DNA from: an uncultured delta proteobacterium
GTDB taxonomy: Bacteria; Desulfobacterota; Binatia; UBA9968
DNA length: 64,000 nt
Reading direction: 5' to 3'
Assembly (NCBI GenBank): GCA_963840855.1
Contig: CAWJBB010000027.1
Span: forward strand, 64,001-128,000
Below are positions 20,217 through 31,261 of the stretch, piece after piece. Below the pieces are notes generated by a model. It was not told where the DNA came from. It did no database searches and saw only the letters and a program-made list of their open reading frames with translations. Position 1 is the stretch's first letter, and each line of letters opens with the position of its first letter. A program made the translations under genes and the position numbers.

Positions 20217-21915
20217 CGACGCCTGTCCTTCGATGCAATCGCACCGGCTCGGCCCAACGCGAAACGAGATTACCTTCGGTTAGCTCTAGTACCTGGTTTT
20301 TCAAAAATTCGCCGTCGCTCTCGGGAAAATCTTCGCGCTGGTGCGCGCCCCGGCTCTCCGCCCGCGATAGCGCCGAGACTACCACCGCCTCGGCTGTGGC
20401 CAACATCGCGCGCAGCTCGAACCAATCCTGGAGATCGAGATTGAATGATGCTTCGGCGCCGACGGCGGCATTCACGAGATCGTGATCGCGCATTTGTCTA
20501 ATACGCGACAGCGCCTTGGAGAGCTTAACGCCTGTGCGAAACGGCCCCGCCTGCTCCCACATGAGGTTTTGCAGTTCGATCTGCAGCGCGGCGGGACTCA
20601 CGGCGCGCCGTTTGGGCGCTGCACAGAGCGCTCGCATTCGGTCATGCGACTCGCGCGCCCACTCGATCTTCCAGAGCGCTTTGGCGTGGCGCGAATATTC
20701 TGCCGCCGCCGAACCGGCGCGGTGGCCAAAGACGAAAGCCTCGGTGATAGCGTTGCCCGACAAGCGATTGGCGCCGTTGGCGCCACCCACCGCCTCGCCG
20801 GCGGCGTAAAGTCCTTGAAAGCGGGTCGCCATTTGCGCGTCCACGCGAATGCCGCCCATGTGATAGTGCGCCATGGGGCCGACCTCAACGGGCGTCTTGG
20901 TGAGATCGATGCCATTATTGAGCAAGCGATCGATCACCGGCCCGAACGCGGCGCGCAGACTCGCTTCAGGCATATGGCGAAAGTCGAGGTAGGCGCCGCC
21001 GTGCGGCGTGCCGCGTCCCGCTTCTAATTCTTTCAAGATCGCGTAAGCCGCGATATCGCGGGTGGCGTTGTACTCGCCGAAATCGCTGCTGCCGTAACGG
21101 TCGATGAATTCCTGGAATTCACCGTTAAGCAACCTGCCGCCGAGTTTGTAACGAAACGGGTCCCACATGATCGGGTCCATGCCGACCAATCGCGGCGCCA
21201 GGTGGCCGATGGGAAAAAATTGCACGAACTCCATATCGATCAACTCGGCGCCGGCCCAGAGTGCCAGCGCATAAGCTTCGCCGCCCATATTCGCCGACGC
21301 GCTGTTGCGCGCATATAGCTTGGTCAAGCCCCCGGCGGCAAGAATCACGGCTTTGGCCTGCACGGTGACGAACTCGCCAGAGGCGATATCCAAGCCGATG
21401 GCACCCACAGCACGACCGTCCTTGGCGACGATTTCGATAACCGCGTGGTTACTGATGCGGTGGATTTGCGCGATTTCGCTGACCTTGCGCCTTAGCGTGG
21501 CGGCTACGGCGGGACCGGTGTTGAGAAAGTCGACGTAGCAGCAGCGCTTCACCCTATGCCCTGGCGCGTGCTCTTGCTTGATATGGCCGTCTTCACGCGC
21601 CCAGCGCGTACCCCATTGCTCCATCTCGAGAATACGCGCGGGCCCTTCTTCGCATAGAAGCGCCGACAGCTCCTCGTTGCACAGGCCGCGCCCGGCTTTC
21701 AGCGTATCGTCGAAGTGCAACGCCACGGAGTCCGGCTCTTGATGGCCCAGCGCCACGGCGACGGTCATCTGCGCCATGATGGTCGCGCCGCCGCGTCCCA
21801 CCTGGCTCTTATCGAGCAGAATGACGGAAGCGCCGTTTTGCGCCGCGGCGATGGCCGCGTACATGCCGGCGCCGCCAGCGCCAACGACGAGAACATCAGT
21901 AGCTAAATGGGGCAT
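20209..21915 (-). CDS. SdhA/FrdA/NadB-family FAD-binding oxidoreductase
   Basis: GAGGAG, DMEFVQF, HYHMGG, GANRL, RAESRGAH. Confidence 0.88.
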   Translation of the reverse strand: MPHLATDVLVVGAGGAGMYAAIAAAQNGASVILLDKSQVGRGGATIMAQMTVAVALGHQEPDSVALHFDDTLKAGRGLCNEELSALLCEEGPARILEMEQWGTRWAREDGHIKQEHAPGHRVKRCCYVDFLNTGPAVAATLRRKVSEIAQIHRISNHAVIEIVAKDGRAVGAIGLDIASGEFVTVQAKAVILAAGGLTKLYARNSASANMGGEAYALALWAGAELIDMEFVQFFPIGHLAPRLVGMDPIMWDPFRYKLGGRLLNGEFQEFIDRYGSSDFGEYNATRDIAAYAILKELEAGRGTPHGGAYLDFRHMPEASLRAAFGPVIDRLLNNGIDLTKTPVEVGPMAHYHMGGIRVDAQMATRFQGLYAAGEAVGGANGANRLSGNAITEAFVFGHRAGSAAAEYSRHAKALWKIEWARESHDRMRALCAAPKRRAVSPAALQIELQNLMWEQAGPFRTGVKLSKALSRIRQMRDHDLVNAAVGAEASFNLDLQDWFELRAMLATAEAVVVSALSRAESRGAHQREDFPESDGEFLKNQVLELTEGNLVSRWAEPVRLHRRTGVDG

Positions 21916-21934
21916 AACCAAAATTATCGGCGCG

Positions 21935-22035
21935 GTTCAAGTCGTTCAAGCCGTCGAACAATCCGGACCACGTTTTAAACGACTTGAACGGTTTGAACTT
22001 TCTGAACTTCGTTACGTCGTGCCTTCGTGATGAGA
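21935..22035. repeat. Inverted 9-nt periodic repeat hairpin, copy B
   Basis: Same arms, GTCGAACAATCCGG loop and CGTGCCTTCGTG tail as 18639-18757; two units shorter. Confidence 0.85.
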
Positions 22036-22071
22036 GCCATTTTAAATGCGGTTTCCTGATGACAGGGAGTG

Positions 22072-22812
22072 TTAACAGTCGTCAGTCAATCCGCTCTGCT
22101 GAAGTTCCCGCAACGCCTTTTTGGCCGCTTCTTGCTCCGACTGTTTTTTGCTGGGGCCTTCGCCGCGGCCAAGCACTCTGCCGCCAACAAAGATCTCCGT
22201 CACAAAGCGTTTCGCGTGGTCGGGGCCCTTTTCGGCAATCATCCGGTAAACCGGCGGCTGGCGAAAAAGCATTTGGCTGATTTCCTGAAGCCGGGTTTTG
22301 AAATCCCGCTGGCCGAGTTTTTTCTCGCCCAGATCCGCGCCGAAATAGCGTTCGACGATACGGAGCGCCGCGCCGTAGCCACCGTCGCGAAAGACCGCGC
22401 CGATGAGCGCTTCGAAAGCGCCGGCGAGAATGGATGGCTTGGTCCGCCCGCCGCTGCGCTCTTCGCCCTTGCCTAGGCGCAAGAACGCGCCAAGATTGAG
22501 TTGCGCTGCTTTCTCCGCCAGCACGTCGGAGTTCACCAGACCCGCGCGCATGCGCGACAGGTCGCCTTCGCTTCTTTCAGGATGGCGGCGGATCAATAGC
22601 TCGCTGACGGCGAGGTCCAGAACCGCATCACCGAGGAATTCCAAGACCTCGTTGTGGCCGTCGCTTGGGCTGCGCTCGTGGGAGACATGGGTCAAGCAGC
22701 ACTCGAGCAGTGTGGGATCGGCAAAGCTGTAACCCAGCTCGCCTTGCAGTTGCGCGAGTGAAGGCTCTTGTTTCACGCCGTTAAAATGCGTGAGCGGCGG
22801 CGCCGTGATCAC
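22072..22812 (-). CDS. rnc: Ribonuclease III
   Basis: NEVLEFLGDAVL signature, dsRBD DFKTRLQE, GPDHAK. Confidence 0.95.
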   Translation of the reverse strand: MITAPPLTHFNGVKQEPSLAQLQGELGYSFADPTLLECCLTHVSHERSPSDGHNEVLEFLGDAVLDLAVSELLIRRHPERSEGDLSRMRAGLVNSDVLAEKAAQLNLGAFLRLGKGEERSGGRTKPSILAGAFEALIGAVFRDGGYGAALRIVERYFGADLGEKKLGQRDFKTRLQEISQMLFRQPPVYRMIAEKGPDHAKRFVTEIFVGGRVLGRGEGPSKKQSEQEAAKKALRELQQSGLTDDC

Positions 22813-24133
22813 CGACCGTGTTTAGCCCCGCGCCGGTCATTAAATGGCCGCGCAGCCAGCCGTTTTGCACTCCCTCGAGCTTTACGTTCACTTCCCGATT
22901 CGTGAGTTTCGGTTCATGGGGGAGCATCACCGGCAGATAATTTCGGCTAAATCCCCGGCAGAGGCCAGTCGCCTTGTCAGTTTTCTCTTCCACCAGCACG
23001 GAAACAATTTGGCCGAGAAATCCGGCGCAAAAGTTCCGTTTTTTTTGCCCGCCGAGCTCGCGCATTTTGTGCGCTCGGCGTTTCTTGACATCAGCGGGAA
23101 CATGCCCAGGCAACGACGCCGCGGCCGTTCCGCGCCGCTCGGAATACGGAAAAACGTGAAAATAAGTAAGCGGCAGCGACGCGAAATATCCCAGCGAACT
23201 TTCGAACTGGGCATCGCTCTCAGCGGGGAACCCGACGATGATATCGCTGCCAATGGCGGCATCCGGCAAACGCTCGCGCACCTTGACTAACAGTTCGCGA
23301 TAATACGCCGTGTCATAATTGCGGCGCATCTGTTTGAGAATCCCATCATCGCCGGCTTGAGCGCAGACGTGCAAATGGGCGCAGATGACTTCGGAGCCGG
23401 CGATCAAGTCCAGCAGACGGTCCGGCACTTCACGTGGGTCAAGAGAGCTTAGTCTCAGGCGCGGGATCAAACCGCTCTCGGCGATCATTTCCAAGAGGTT
23501 GGTTAAATCCGTTTTCGGATCTAGGTCCTGACCGTAGCTGCCCAGGTGAATGCCCGTAACTACGATTTCGCGATAGCCCGCGCCCGCCAGCGCGCGCACC
23601 TGTTCGAGAACTTCGCGGGGCGAGACGCTGCGGCTTAGACCGCGCGCCGCGGGAATAATGCAATAGGTGCAAGAATAATTGCAGCCTTCCTGAATTTTTA
23701 GAAACGCTCGGGTACGTCCCGGCAGCGCCCGCGTGCCGAGCACCGGTACGCCGCGCTCGCGCCTGACCTCGCTCACGGCGATCACCGCCTCGCGCGGCGG
23801 CCCGGGCATATCGACAAAACGCAACAGGTCATCGAGGCGATTGAGGCCAACGACGTAATTCACTCCCGGCACTCGCGCGACCTCCGCCGGGCTCACTTGA
23901 GCATAACAGCCGGTGACTATGACCTGTGCCCCGGGATTGGCGCGTTTCGCCCGCCGCACCAACTGGCGCGCCTCCCAATCGGCGCGGTCCGTTACGGTAC
24001 AGGTGTTGATGACGTAACAATCGGCCGCTTCTTCGAACCGCACGAACGAGTGTCTGTCCTCCAGACGGTTTTGGATCACCGCGGAATCATACTGGTTGAT
24101 CTTGCAACCGAGTGTGGTGATGGCAATGCGCAT
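22781..24133 (-). CDS. mtaB: tRNA ms2t6A methylthiotransferase
   Basis: TLGCKINQYD, INTCTVT, KIQEGCNYSCTYC. Confidence 0.92.
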   Translation of the reverse strand: MRIAITTLGCKINQYDSAVIQNRLEDRHSFVRFEEAADCYVINTCTVTDRADWEARQLVRRAKRANPGAQVIVTGCYAQVSPAEVARVPGVNYVVGLNRLDDLLRFVDMPGPPREAVIAVSEVRRERGVPVLGTRALPGRTRAFLKIQEGCNYSCTYCIIPAARGLSRSVSPREVLEQVRALAGAGYREIVVTGIHLGSYGQDLDPKTDLTNLLEMIAESGLIPRLRLSSLDPREVPDRLLDLIAGSEVICAHLHVCAQAGDDGILKQMRRNYDTAYYRELLVKVRERLPDAAIGSDIIVGFPAESDAQFESSLGYFASLPLTYFHVFPYSERRGTAAASLPGHVPADVKKRRAHKMRELGGQKKRNFCAGFLGQIVSVLVEEKTDKATGLCRGFSRNYLPVMLPHEPKLTNREVNVKLEGVQNGWLRGHLMTGAGLNTVGDHGAAAHAF

Positions 24134-24139
24134 GTTTTT

Positions 24140-24205
24140 ATTTTGGATTTTTGATTTTCGATTCAATCCAAAATCCCAAATTATCCCAAATCCAAAATCT
24201 AAAAT
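24140..24205. repeat. Inverted heptamer repeat (ATTTTGG/CCAAAAT)
   Basis: attttgg atttttg attttcg ... atccaaa atcccaa ... atccaaa atctaaa; overlaps the mnmA stop. Confidence 0.75.
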
Positions 24206-25266
24206 TCTTTGATCGCCTTTTCAATCCATCCTCCGCCCAGCACTGCTTCGCCGCGATAGAAAACCGCGGCCTGTCCCGGGGTCACCGCGGGGAAGGCTTC
24301 TCTGAAGCGAACTTCGCAGCTATCGGTCCGTGCATGGCGGATGACACAGGAAACCGCCGGCGCGCGGTAGCGGATCTGCACTTCGGCCTCGACTTCGGCG
24401 CCGCCCGGATCGTCGTGCCAATTGACGGATCGGGCGGTTAACCCCGCGCAGCTTAGTTCTTGCTTCTTGCCTACGACGACGCGCCTGGATCCTTCATCGA
24501 TATCGACAACGTAAAGCGGCTCAGCCGCCGAAATTCCCAATCCCCGGCGCTGGCCGATGGTCACGCCGTGAATGCCGCCGTGCCGTCCAAGAACTTTACC
24601 CGACCGGTCGACGACGTCACCGCCGCGAAGCTCGTTCTCCTCCGCGTAGGTTGCGACCAATGCCTTATAATCGCCGAAGCAGATATCCTGACTTTCCGGG
24701 CGTTCCGCCGCCGCCAATCCGAACCGCCGCGCCAACTCGCGCACCTCGCTCTTTTGCATCTCCCCCAACGGGAGCAGCGTGCGCGTCAGATGCTTCTGGG
24801 ACAACGCAAACAGAAAATAAGACTGGTCCTTGCTGCGGTCGGCGCCGCGCAATAACGAACTTCGGCCGCTGTCGCCGTGCCGTGCGATCCGTGCATAGTG
24901 GCCCGTGGCGAGGTAATCCGCCCGCCGCTCTTTGGCCCACTTGAGCAACATGCCGAACTTGAAATCTCGGTTGCACGCAACGCAAGGGTTTGGCGTGCGC
25001 CCGTGGAGATAGTTCTCGGCAAACGGCTTCACTACCCTGTCGGCAAATTCGGCGCGCAAATCGATCAGCGTGTGGGGTATGCCCAACTCCGCCGCGATTT
25101 CTTTCGCGCCGCGATGATCCGAGCAGACGCGCGGCCCGGCGTTTCCTTCCCACATGCGCAGTGAAACGCCCAGCACCTCATAGCCCTGCTCGACAAGCAG
25201 CGCGGCGGCCACCGAGCTATCTACGCCGCCGCTCATGGCAACCACCACTTTTTCTCTATTGAACAT
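24199..25266 (-). CDS. mnmA: tRNA 2-thiouridylase
   Basis: AMSGGVDSS, TPNPCVACN, ATGHY, KDQSYFL, ESQDICF. Confidence 0.96.
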   Translation of the reverse strand: MFNREKVVVAMSGGVDSSVAAALLVEQGYEVLGVSLRMWEGNAGPRVCSDHRGAKEIAAELGIPHTLIDLRAEFADRVVKPFAENYLHGRTPNPCVACNRDFKFGMLLKWAKERRADYLATGHYARIARHGDSGRSSLLRGADRSKDQSYFLFALSQKHLTRTLLPLGEMQKSEVRELARRFGLAAAERPESQDICFGDYKALVATYAEENELRGGDVVDRSGKVLGRHGGIHGVTIGQRRGLGISAAEPLYVVDIDEGSRRVVVGKKQELSCAGLTARSVNWHDDPGGAEVEAEVQIRYRAPAVSCVIRHARTDSCEVRFREAFPAVTPGQAAVFYRGEAVLGGGWIEKAIKEF

Positions 25267-25322
25267 ACACCAATATTCCTGGCAGCCGCTCTTGACCGAT
25301 CTGCAGGTTCGCGCACTTCGAA

Positions 25323-25394
25323 GTTTCTAGTTCCTAGTTTCGGGTTTCTAGTTTTCGAATTTAAACTAGAAACAGGGAACCTGAAACTAGAAAC
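25323..25394. repeat. Inverted heptamer repeat (GTTTCTA/TAGAAAC)
   Basis: 5 left-arm units and 4-5 complementary right-arm units. Confidence 0.8.
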
Positions 25395-25402
25395 CGATTG
25401 AA

Positions 25403-26137
25403 TCAGTTCCCCGTATTCCTGAGCAGCTCTTTCACTTTGTTTAGAACTTCGCTCTCCTCGGCGGTTTTTTCCTCGAGCCCGCCTTGGCGCGCATTCAATT
25501 CATCGATCTTCTTTTCTAATTTTTCAACATAGTCGGCCAGGCTGCCGATCGCTTTAGCGATTGGGTCGGGCAGGTCGGCTGAGTTGAGGTCGATAATCGC
25601 TTTGCCTGTAGGCGTATGCCTCGCTTCGATCTTTACGATTTTGCCCGGGACACCCACCACCGTGGAGTGCGGTGGCACGGAGGTCACGAGCACCGAGCCG
25701 GCTCCCACCCGGCTATGGCGACCGACGGTCACCGGACCAAGAACTGCCGCTCCGCTGAAAATCGTGACCGAATCCTCGATCGTGGGATGACGCTTGATTC
25801 GCTCGGTCGACGTACCGCCGAGCGTGACACCCTGGTAAATCGTCACATCGTCGCCGATTTCGGTGGTCTCACCGATAACGACACCCATACCGTGGTCGAT
25901 AAAAAAGCGCCGGCCGATTTTCGCGCCAGGATGGATCTCGATACCGGTAAGGAAGCGGCCGATATGGCTCACGAAGCGCGCCAGGGTAGTGAGTTGGCGC
26001 TGCCATAGCCAGTGCGCCAGCCGGTGCAACAGGATCGCGTGAAAACCAGGATAAGCAAGCGCGATTTCCCACAGCGACCGCAATGCGGGGTCGCGCTGGG
26101 AAATAACTTGGATATCTTCTTTAAGACTGTTCCACAT
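25403..26137 (-). CDS. cysE: Serine O-acetyltransferase
   Basis: [33 protein letters not shown]. Confidence 0.95.
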   Translation of the reverse strand: MWNSLKEDIQVISQRDPALRSLWEIALAYPGFHAILLHRLAHWLWQRQLTTLARFVSHIGRFLTGIEIHPGAKIGRRFFIDHGMGVVIGETTEIGDDVTIYQGVTLGGTSTERIKRHPTIEDSVTIFSGAAVLGPVTVGRHSRVGAGSVLVTSVPPHSTVVGVPGKIVKIEARHTPTGKAIIDLNSADLPDPIAKAIGSLADYVEKLEKKIDELNARQGGLEEKTAEESEVLNKVKELLRNTGN

Positions 26138-26148
26138 GACGAGTGGGA

Positions 26149-26228
26149 GCGAGGCGTGAGGCGTGAGGGGTGAGAAAGAAATGGTCTATCCGTTCCCTCT
26201 CGCCTGTTGCCTTCCGCCTCTCGCCTGC
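26149..26228. repeat. Inverted heptamer repeat (GTGAGGC/GCCTCTC)
   Basis: gcgaggc gtgaggc gtgaggg ... ccctctc gcctgtt gccttcc gcctctc. Confidence 0.75.
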
Positions 26229-26233
26229 CAATC

Positions 26234-27814
26234 TTAATTGGCCCGGTGCCGCTCCTCCTTGTATAGCTTGTAATCGATGCTGTCCACCAGTGCCTGCCAG
26301 CTCGCCTCGATAACGTTATGAGAAACTCCGACTGTTCCCCAGCGGTCCTTGCCGTCGCCCGACTCGATCAACACCCGCACCATGGCGCCGGTGCCTTCGC
26401 CCGACGACAACACGCGCACCTTGTAATCCAACAGCTCCACCTGTTTGAGCGACGGATAAAACTTTGTCAGCGCGCGGCGCAGTGCCTGGTCGAGCGCGTT
26501 CACGGGGCCGTTGCCCATGGCCGCGGCGTGCTCCATCACGCCATCGACCTGCACCATGATGGTGGCCTCGGAGATCGGCGGCTCGCCTTCTTTGCGCTTC
26601 TCATCGATGACGCGAAAGCCCAGCAGGCCGAAGTTTTTCTTTTTTTTGCCCAGCGCCTCTTGGATCAGCAGCTCGAAAGACGCCTCAGCCGCTTCGAATT
26701 CGTAGCCCTGGCTTTCCAGCTCCTTGGTGCGGCGCAGGATATCGTGAATCGCTTCGCCTTTGTCGGTAAGATCGATACCATACTCTTTCCCCTTGTAGAC
26801 GACGTTGCTCCGGCCGGAAAGGTCTGAGACCAACACCCGCTGCCGGTTGCCGACCAGGTCGGGATCGATATGCTCGTAGGTCTCGCGGTTCTTGAGCACC
26901 CCGGAGACATGCAGCCCGCCTTTATGCGCGAAGGCGCTGTCGCCCACATAGGCCTGGCGCTTGTTGGGCTGAAGATTCGCCAGTTCGTAAAAGAGATGGG
27001 AGACCTCGCGCAGTTTCTTGAGCTGCGCCGGTTTGACGCAATTTTTCCCCATTTTCAATTGCAAATTGGCAATCACCGAAACCAGATTCACGTTGCCACA
27101 ACGCTCGCCGAAACCATTGATCGTCCCCTGTACCTGGGTAACGCCCATCTCGACGCCCGCCAGCGTGTTGGCCACGGCCAGCTCGCCGTCGTTATGGCAG
27201 TGGATGCCGAGGGGCGTCTTGACGGTCCGATTCACATGGCTGAGCGCCTCGCGAATTTCACCCGGCAGGCGCCCGCCGTTGGTGTCGCAGAGCACGATCC
27301 AGTCTGCACCGCCTTCTTGCGCCGCCTTGAGGCATGCCAGCGCATAGTCGGGATTGGCGCGGAAGCCATCGAAAAAATGCTCGGCGTCGAAAATCACTTC
27401 GTCCACGCGCCGCTTGATGAAGGCGATGGAATCCGCGATGACCTCCAGGTTTGCCTTCTGGCTGATGCGCAGGTCATCGCGCACATGCAGGTCCCAGGTT
27501 TTTCCTACCAGGGTAACCACCGGCGTACCGGCGTCGAGCAGCACTTTCAAGTTCAAGTCCTGCGACGGTTTCGCGCCGGGCTTGCGGGTGGTCCCGAAGG
27601 AAGCGATCTTGACGTTTTTCAACTTGAGCGTTTTCACTCGCTTGAAAAAATCGGCGTCGCGAGAATTGGAGCCGGGGTATCCGCCCTCGATGTAATCGAT
27701 GCCCATCTCCGCCAGCTTCTCCGCAATGCGCAGCTTGTCTTCGAGGGTAAAAGAAATGTCCTCGGCCTGGCAGCCGTCCCGCAAAGTCGTGTCGTAGAGC
27801 AGTACGTCCTTCAT
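26234..27814 (-). CDS. cimA: Citramalate synthase
   Basis: [36 protein letters not shown]. Confidence 0.92.
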   Translation of the reverse strand: MKDVLLYDTTLRDGCQAEDISFTLEDKLRIAEKLAEMGIDYIEGGYPGSNSRDADFFKRVKTLKLKNVKIASFGTTRKPGAKPSQDLNLKVLLDAGTPVVTLVGKTWDLHVRDDLRISQKANLEVIADSIAFIKRRVDEVIFDAEHFFDGFRANPDYALACLKAAQEGGADWIVLCDTNGGRLPGEIREALSHVNRTVKTPLGIHCHNDGELAVANTLAGVEMGVTQVQGTINGFGERCGNVNLVSVIANLQLKMGKNCVKPAQLKKLREVSHLFYELANLQPNKRQAYVGDSAFAHKGGLHVSGVLKNRETYEHIDPDLVGNRQRVLVSDLSGRSNVVYKGKEYGIDLTDKGEAIHDILRRTKELESQGYEFEAAEASFELLIQEALGKKKKNFGLLGFRVIDEKRKEGEPPISEATIMVQVDGVMEHAAAMGNGPVNALDQALRRALTKFYPSLKQVELLDYKVRVLSSGEGTGAMVRVLIESGDGKDRWGTVGVSHNVIEASWQALVDSIDYKLYKEERHRAN

Positions 27815-29034
27815 GAGTTCCCCCGCTTCCCAATAAACGCGTCGTGCAGCGCGCGCACCGCCAGTTCCGTGTACTTCGCCTCGACGACCACGGAAATCTT
27901 TATTTCCGAGGTCGAGATCATTTCAATATTGATGCCTTCGGCGGCCAGAACTTCGAACATCTTGGCCGCAACCCCGGCATGAGTGCGCATGCCGACGCCC
28001 ACGACGGACACCTTTGCGATATCCGTGTCCACCATTACGCCTTGGGCGTGCAGGAGCGGAACCATCTTTTCCACGATGGCCAGCGCTTTCTTGTGATCGG
28101 CTTTCGACACGGTGAAAGTCAAGTCGGTGGTGCTGTCTTCGCCGGCGTTCTGAATGATCATGTCCACGACGATATTGGCTGCGGCGATGGGACCGAAAAT
28201 TTGCGCCGCCAAACCCGGTCTGTCGGGGACGCGCTGTAGCGTAATCTTCGCTTCATTCTTGTCGTAGCTCACGCCGGAAACCAGCACCTCGTCCATGCTC
28301 TCGTCCTCCTTCACCAGCCAGGTCCCTTCGACATCGCTAAAGGTCGAGCGCACATGCACCGGGACCGAAAATTTCTTGGCGAACTCAACGGACCGGATTT
28401 CCAATACCCTCGCCCCGGCGCTGGCCAGCTCGATCATTTCGTCGTAGGAAATGCGCCGGAGTTTTTTTGCATCGGGGCAGATATCGGGATCGGTGGTAAA
28501 GACGCCCTCCACGTCGGTGTAAATCTCGCATGCCTCGGCGTTCAAAAACGCCGCCAGCGCCACCGCGCTGGTATCCGATCCGCCGCGCCCGAGCGTGGTG
28601 ATATTATCGTCTTCATCGACTCCCTGGAAGCCGGCGACGACGACCACTTCTCCCGCCTTTAATGCGGCGTGAATTTTGGTCGAGTCGATGGTCTTGATGC
28701 GCGCCCGGCCGTAGGCTTTGTCGGTGCCGATACGGACTTGATGGCCCAGATACGAGCGCGCCGGTTGGCCCAACTCTTTCAGTGCCAAGCTGAGCAACGC
28801 CACCGACACCTGTTCCCCGGACGCGAGCAACACGTCTTTTTCGCGCTCGTCGGGTATCTCGGCAATCTGCAGCGCCAAGCCCACCAAGCGATTGGTTTCT
28901 CCCGCCATAGCGGAAACGACGACGACGAGGTCGTTTCCCGCCCGCTTGGCGGCGCGGATCTTTTCCGCCACATGTTTGATGCGATCTATCGAGCCGACGG
29001 AAGTCCCGCCATATTTTTGTACCAGCAACGCCAA
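27811..29034 (-). CDS. lysC: Aspartate kinase
   Basis: [18 protein letters not shown], two ACT domains, STSEIK. Confidence 0.96.
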   Translation of the reverse strand: MALLVQKYGGTSVGSIDRIKHVAEKIRAAKRAGNDLVVVVSAMAGETNRLVGLALQIAEIPDEREKDVLLASGEQVSVALLSLALKELGQPARSYLGHQVRIGTDKAYGRARIKTIDSTKIHAALKAGEVVVVAGFQGVDEDDNITTLGRGGSDTSAVALAAFLNAEACEIYTDVEGVFTTDPDICPDAKKLRRISYDEMIELASAGARVLEIRSVEFAKKFSVPVHVRSTFSDVEGTWLVKEDESMDEVLVSGVSYDKNEAKITLQRVPDRPGLAAQIFGPIAAANIVVDMIIQNAGEDSTTDLTFTVSKADHKKALAIVEKMVPLLHAQGVMVDTDIAKVSVVGVGMRTHAGVAAKMFEVLAAEGINIEMISTSEIKISVVVEAKYTELAVRALHDAFIGKRGNS

Positions 29035-29056
29035 TTATCTAGCCCCTGCAACCTAT

Positions 29057-29551
29057 CTATGACAACCCTTGAACTTTGAACCGATTATTGCGCAATGCTT
29101 CTACAACCCTTTCATATCGGGCACCGTGCGCGCTAAACGTTAACCTGCGACGGGCCGCGCCGGCGTGGGTCAAATTCACTTCGAGAAACTCCTCGGTCTC
29201 ATCCGCCGGCAGGTATTCAAACCATTCCACCAAACAGACACCATCGCCGTAGAGATACTCGCGCAGATTGAGCCCTTCCTGGTCCGTGCGGCCGCTTACG
29301 CGGTAGAGGTCTATGTGGTAGACCGGCAAGCGGCCGTGATACTCATTGATCAGCGTAAACGTTGGGCTGCGAATCCAGGCTTTTTCACCTACCCCCAACC
29401 CCTCCGCCACACCGCGCACGAGACAAGTTTTGCCCGCGCCCAGCTCGCCCCTAAGGCCAATGATGTCACCGCCTTCGAGCAACTGTGCTAATTTCTTGCC
29501 GCAACTTTTGGTCTGGCGCTGAGAATGACTTATAACGCTCCAGGCACCCAT
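29057..29551 (-). CDS. tsaE: tRNA t6A biosynthesis ATPase
   Basis: GELGAGKT, SPTFTL, HIDLYR, VEW. Confidence 0.93.
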   Translation of the reverse strand: MGAWSVISHSQRQTKSCGKKLAQLLEGGDIIGLRGELGAGKTCLVRGVAEGLGVGEKAWIRSPTFTLINEYHGRLPVYHIDLYRVSGRTDQEGLNLREYLYGDGVCLVEWFEYLPADETEEFLEVNLTHAGAARRRLTFSAHGARYERVVEALRNNRFKVQGLS

Positions 29552-29605
29552 CTAAAGAGCGATCTCCATAAGCACAACTAATATATTTTGCGGGAGATTT
29601 CGAGA

Positions 29606-31162
29606 CTATGCGGCGGGCGCCGAGAGGGCACGCATGCCGGCGGGCAGGTCGTCGATAATATCCGAAGCAACGAGACCGATCTCGCCTTTTTTCTCCGCAA
29701 CGCGGTCACCGACGAAACCGTGGAGAAAAACCCCGAGCTTCATGGCGTCTTCCGGGTTAAGTCCCTGGCCCGAGAACGCCGCGAGCATTCCGGCGAGAAC
29801 ATCGCCCATGCCGCCGCTTGCCATACCTGGGTTGCCGGTGGGATTGATAAAAATCTTTCCGTGGGGAGTGGCGATGATGCTCCTCGCCCCTTTGAGAACC
29901 ACATAGCAGCGATGCTTGACCGCAAACTCGCGCGCGACGCCGACACGATCTTGACTAATCGCGGCGGTTGTTTTGCCGATCAGGCGCGCCATTTCGCCGG
30001 GATGAGGGGTGAGAAGCGGCGGAGTTTTGGCGCTTCTCAGACGGTCTAAGTCAAGCGCGAGATTATTGAGCCCGTCGGCATCGATGACCCACGGGATGTC
30101 TAGATTTCTCAGCAGCCATCGAAGCGTATTTCGCGTTGCGTCGTTAACGCCTATGCCCGGACCGAACAGCAGCGCATTTTTCCGCTCCAGCAGGCGCAGC
30201 CAATGCTCCGGCGCCAGCTCTTCCATTTCCTCGTCGCTAGTTTCCGGCAATGGCTCAGTCATCACTTCCACCAATGAACTGGCGAAAATATTGTTCAACG
30301 ACCGCGGCGCGGCTAGCGTTACGAGCCCCGCTCCGGCGCGCGTCGCGGCGCGGCACGCGAGAACCGCCGCGCCGGTCTTGCCTCTGGCACCGGCGATTAC
30401 GAGCAAATGGCCGTAGGTTCCCTTGTGCGTGTCCGCCCGCCGGCGCGGCACGAGCCACCTGATCTCTTCGCGGGTGAGCACTTCAGTCGCTGGCGCCACC
30501 GCTTCCGCCGCCAATGGATCGATACCGATATCGGCCACGACCAGATCGCCGGCGAAGTCGATACCCGGATGAATCACCTGCCCGAGCTTGGCATAACCCA
30601 GCGACACCGTCATTTCCGCTTGGATTGACACACCCAGTGGCGTCCCCCGGTTGGTGTCAAGACCGGAGGGAATATCGACGGCGATTATGGGAACGCCGCT
30701 GGCGTTCATCAGTGTAATCGCCTCGGCATAGAGCCCGCCGACCTCGCTTTTGATTCCAGTCCCCAGAATCGCATCGACTAACAAACCCTTGCCGGCGACC
30801 TTCCGCTCCAGGGTTTCGAGACCGCCCGCGGTAATCTCCGTGACTTTGCCCCTGAGCTTTTCAAAGGCGCGGCAGTTATGCGCGGCATCCGGTGAGAGTT
30901 CGGCGCGCTTGGCAAGGAGCGCCACTTCGCATGGGATTCGTTTCTTCTTGAGCAGACGAGCGACGACAAGCCCGTCGCCGCCGTTGTTGCCTTTTCCGGC
31001 AACGATGAGGACGCCTTTTTTCGCGGCGGCGGCAAAGCTCTTGAGAATGGCCGCTGTAATGCCTTCACCCGCGCGCTCCATCAGTGTCAGGCTAGGAACG
31101 CCGTGCTTTTGGATCGTCAATCGATCCATCTCGCGCATCTGTTCGGCGGTGACAACTAGCAT
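29606..31162 (-). CDS. nnr: Bifunctional NAD(P)HX epimerase/dehydratase
   Basis: GKGNNGGDG, DIPSG, HKGTYG, LTPHPGE, GGMGDVLAG. Confidence 0.94.
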   Translation of the reverse strand: MLVVTAEQMREMDRLTIQKHGVPSLTLMERAGEGITAAILKSFAAAAKKGVLIVAGKGNNGGDGLVVARLLKKKRIPCEVALLAKRAELSPDAAHNCRAFEKLRGKVTEITAGGLETLERKVAGKGLLVDAILGTGIKSEVGGLYAEAITLMNASGVPIIAVDIPSGLDTNRGTPLGVSIQAEMTVSLGYAKLGQVIHPGIDFAGDLVVADIGIDPLAAEAVAPATEVLTREEIRWLVPRRRADTHKGTYGHLLVIAGARGKTGAAVLACRAATRAGAGLVTLAAPRSLNNIFASSLVEVMTEPLPETSDEEMEELAPEHWLRLLERKNALLFGPGIGVNDATRNTLRWLLRNLDIPWVIDADGLNNLALDLDRLRSAKTPPLLTPHPGEMARLIGKTTAAISQDRVGVAREFAVKHRCYVVLKGARSIIATPHGKIFINPTGNPGMASGGMGDVLAGMLAAFSGQGLNPEDAMKLGVFLHGFVGDRVAEKKGEIGLVASDIIDDLPAGMRALSAPAA

Positions 31163-31163
31163 G

Positions 31164-31242
31164 GTTCAAAGTTCAAAGTTCAAGGTTCAAAGTCAAGCCG
31201 TGCAACGAGAGATTCGTTGAACTTGAACGTTAAACCTTGAAC
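31164..31242. repeat. Inverted heptamer repeat (GTTCAAA/TTTGAAC)
   Basis: gttcaaa x2, gttcaag, gttcaaa ... gttgaac ttgaac gttaaac cttgaac. Confidence 0.8.
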
Positions 31243-31261
31243 GGGCTGCTGCCGGGCACGA

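Noticed and set aside
26870-27982. Long antisense ORFs (this one and many others in the track)
   Set aside because: Shadows of well-supported genes on the opposite strand in GC-rich DNA
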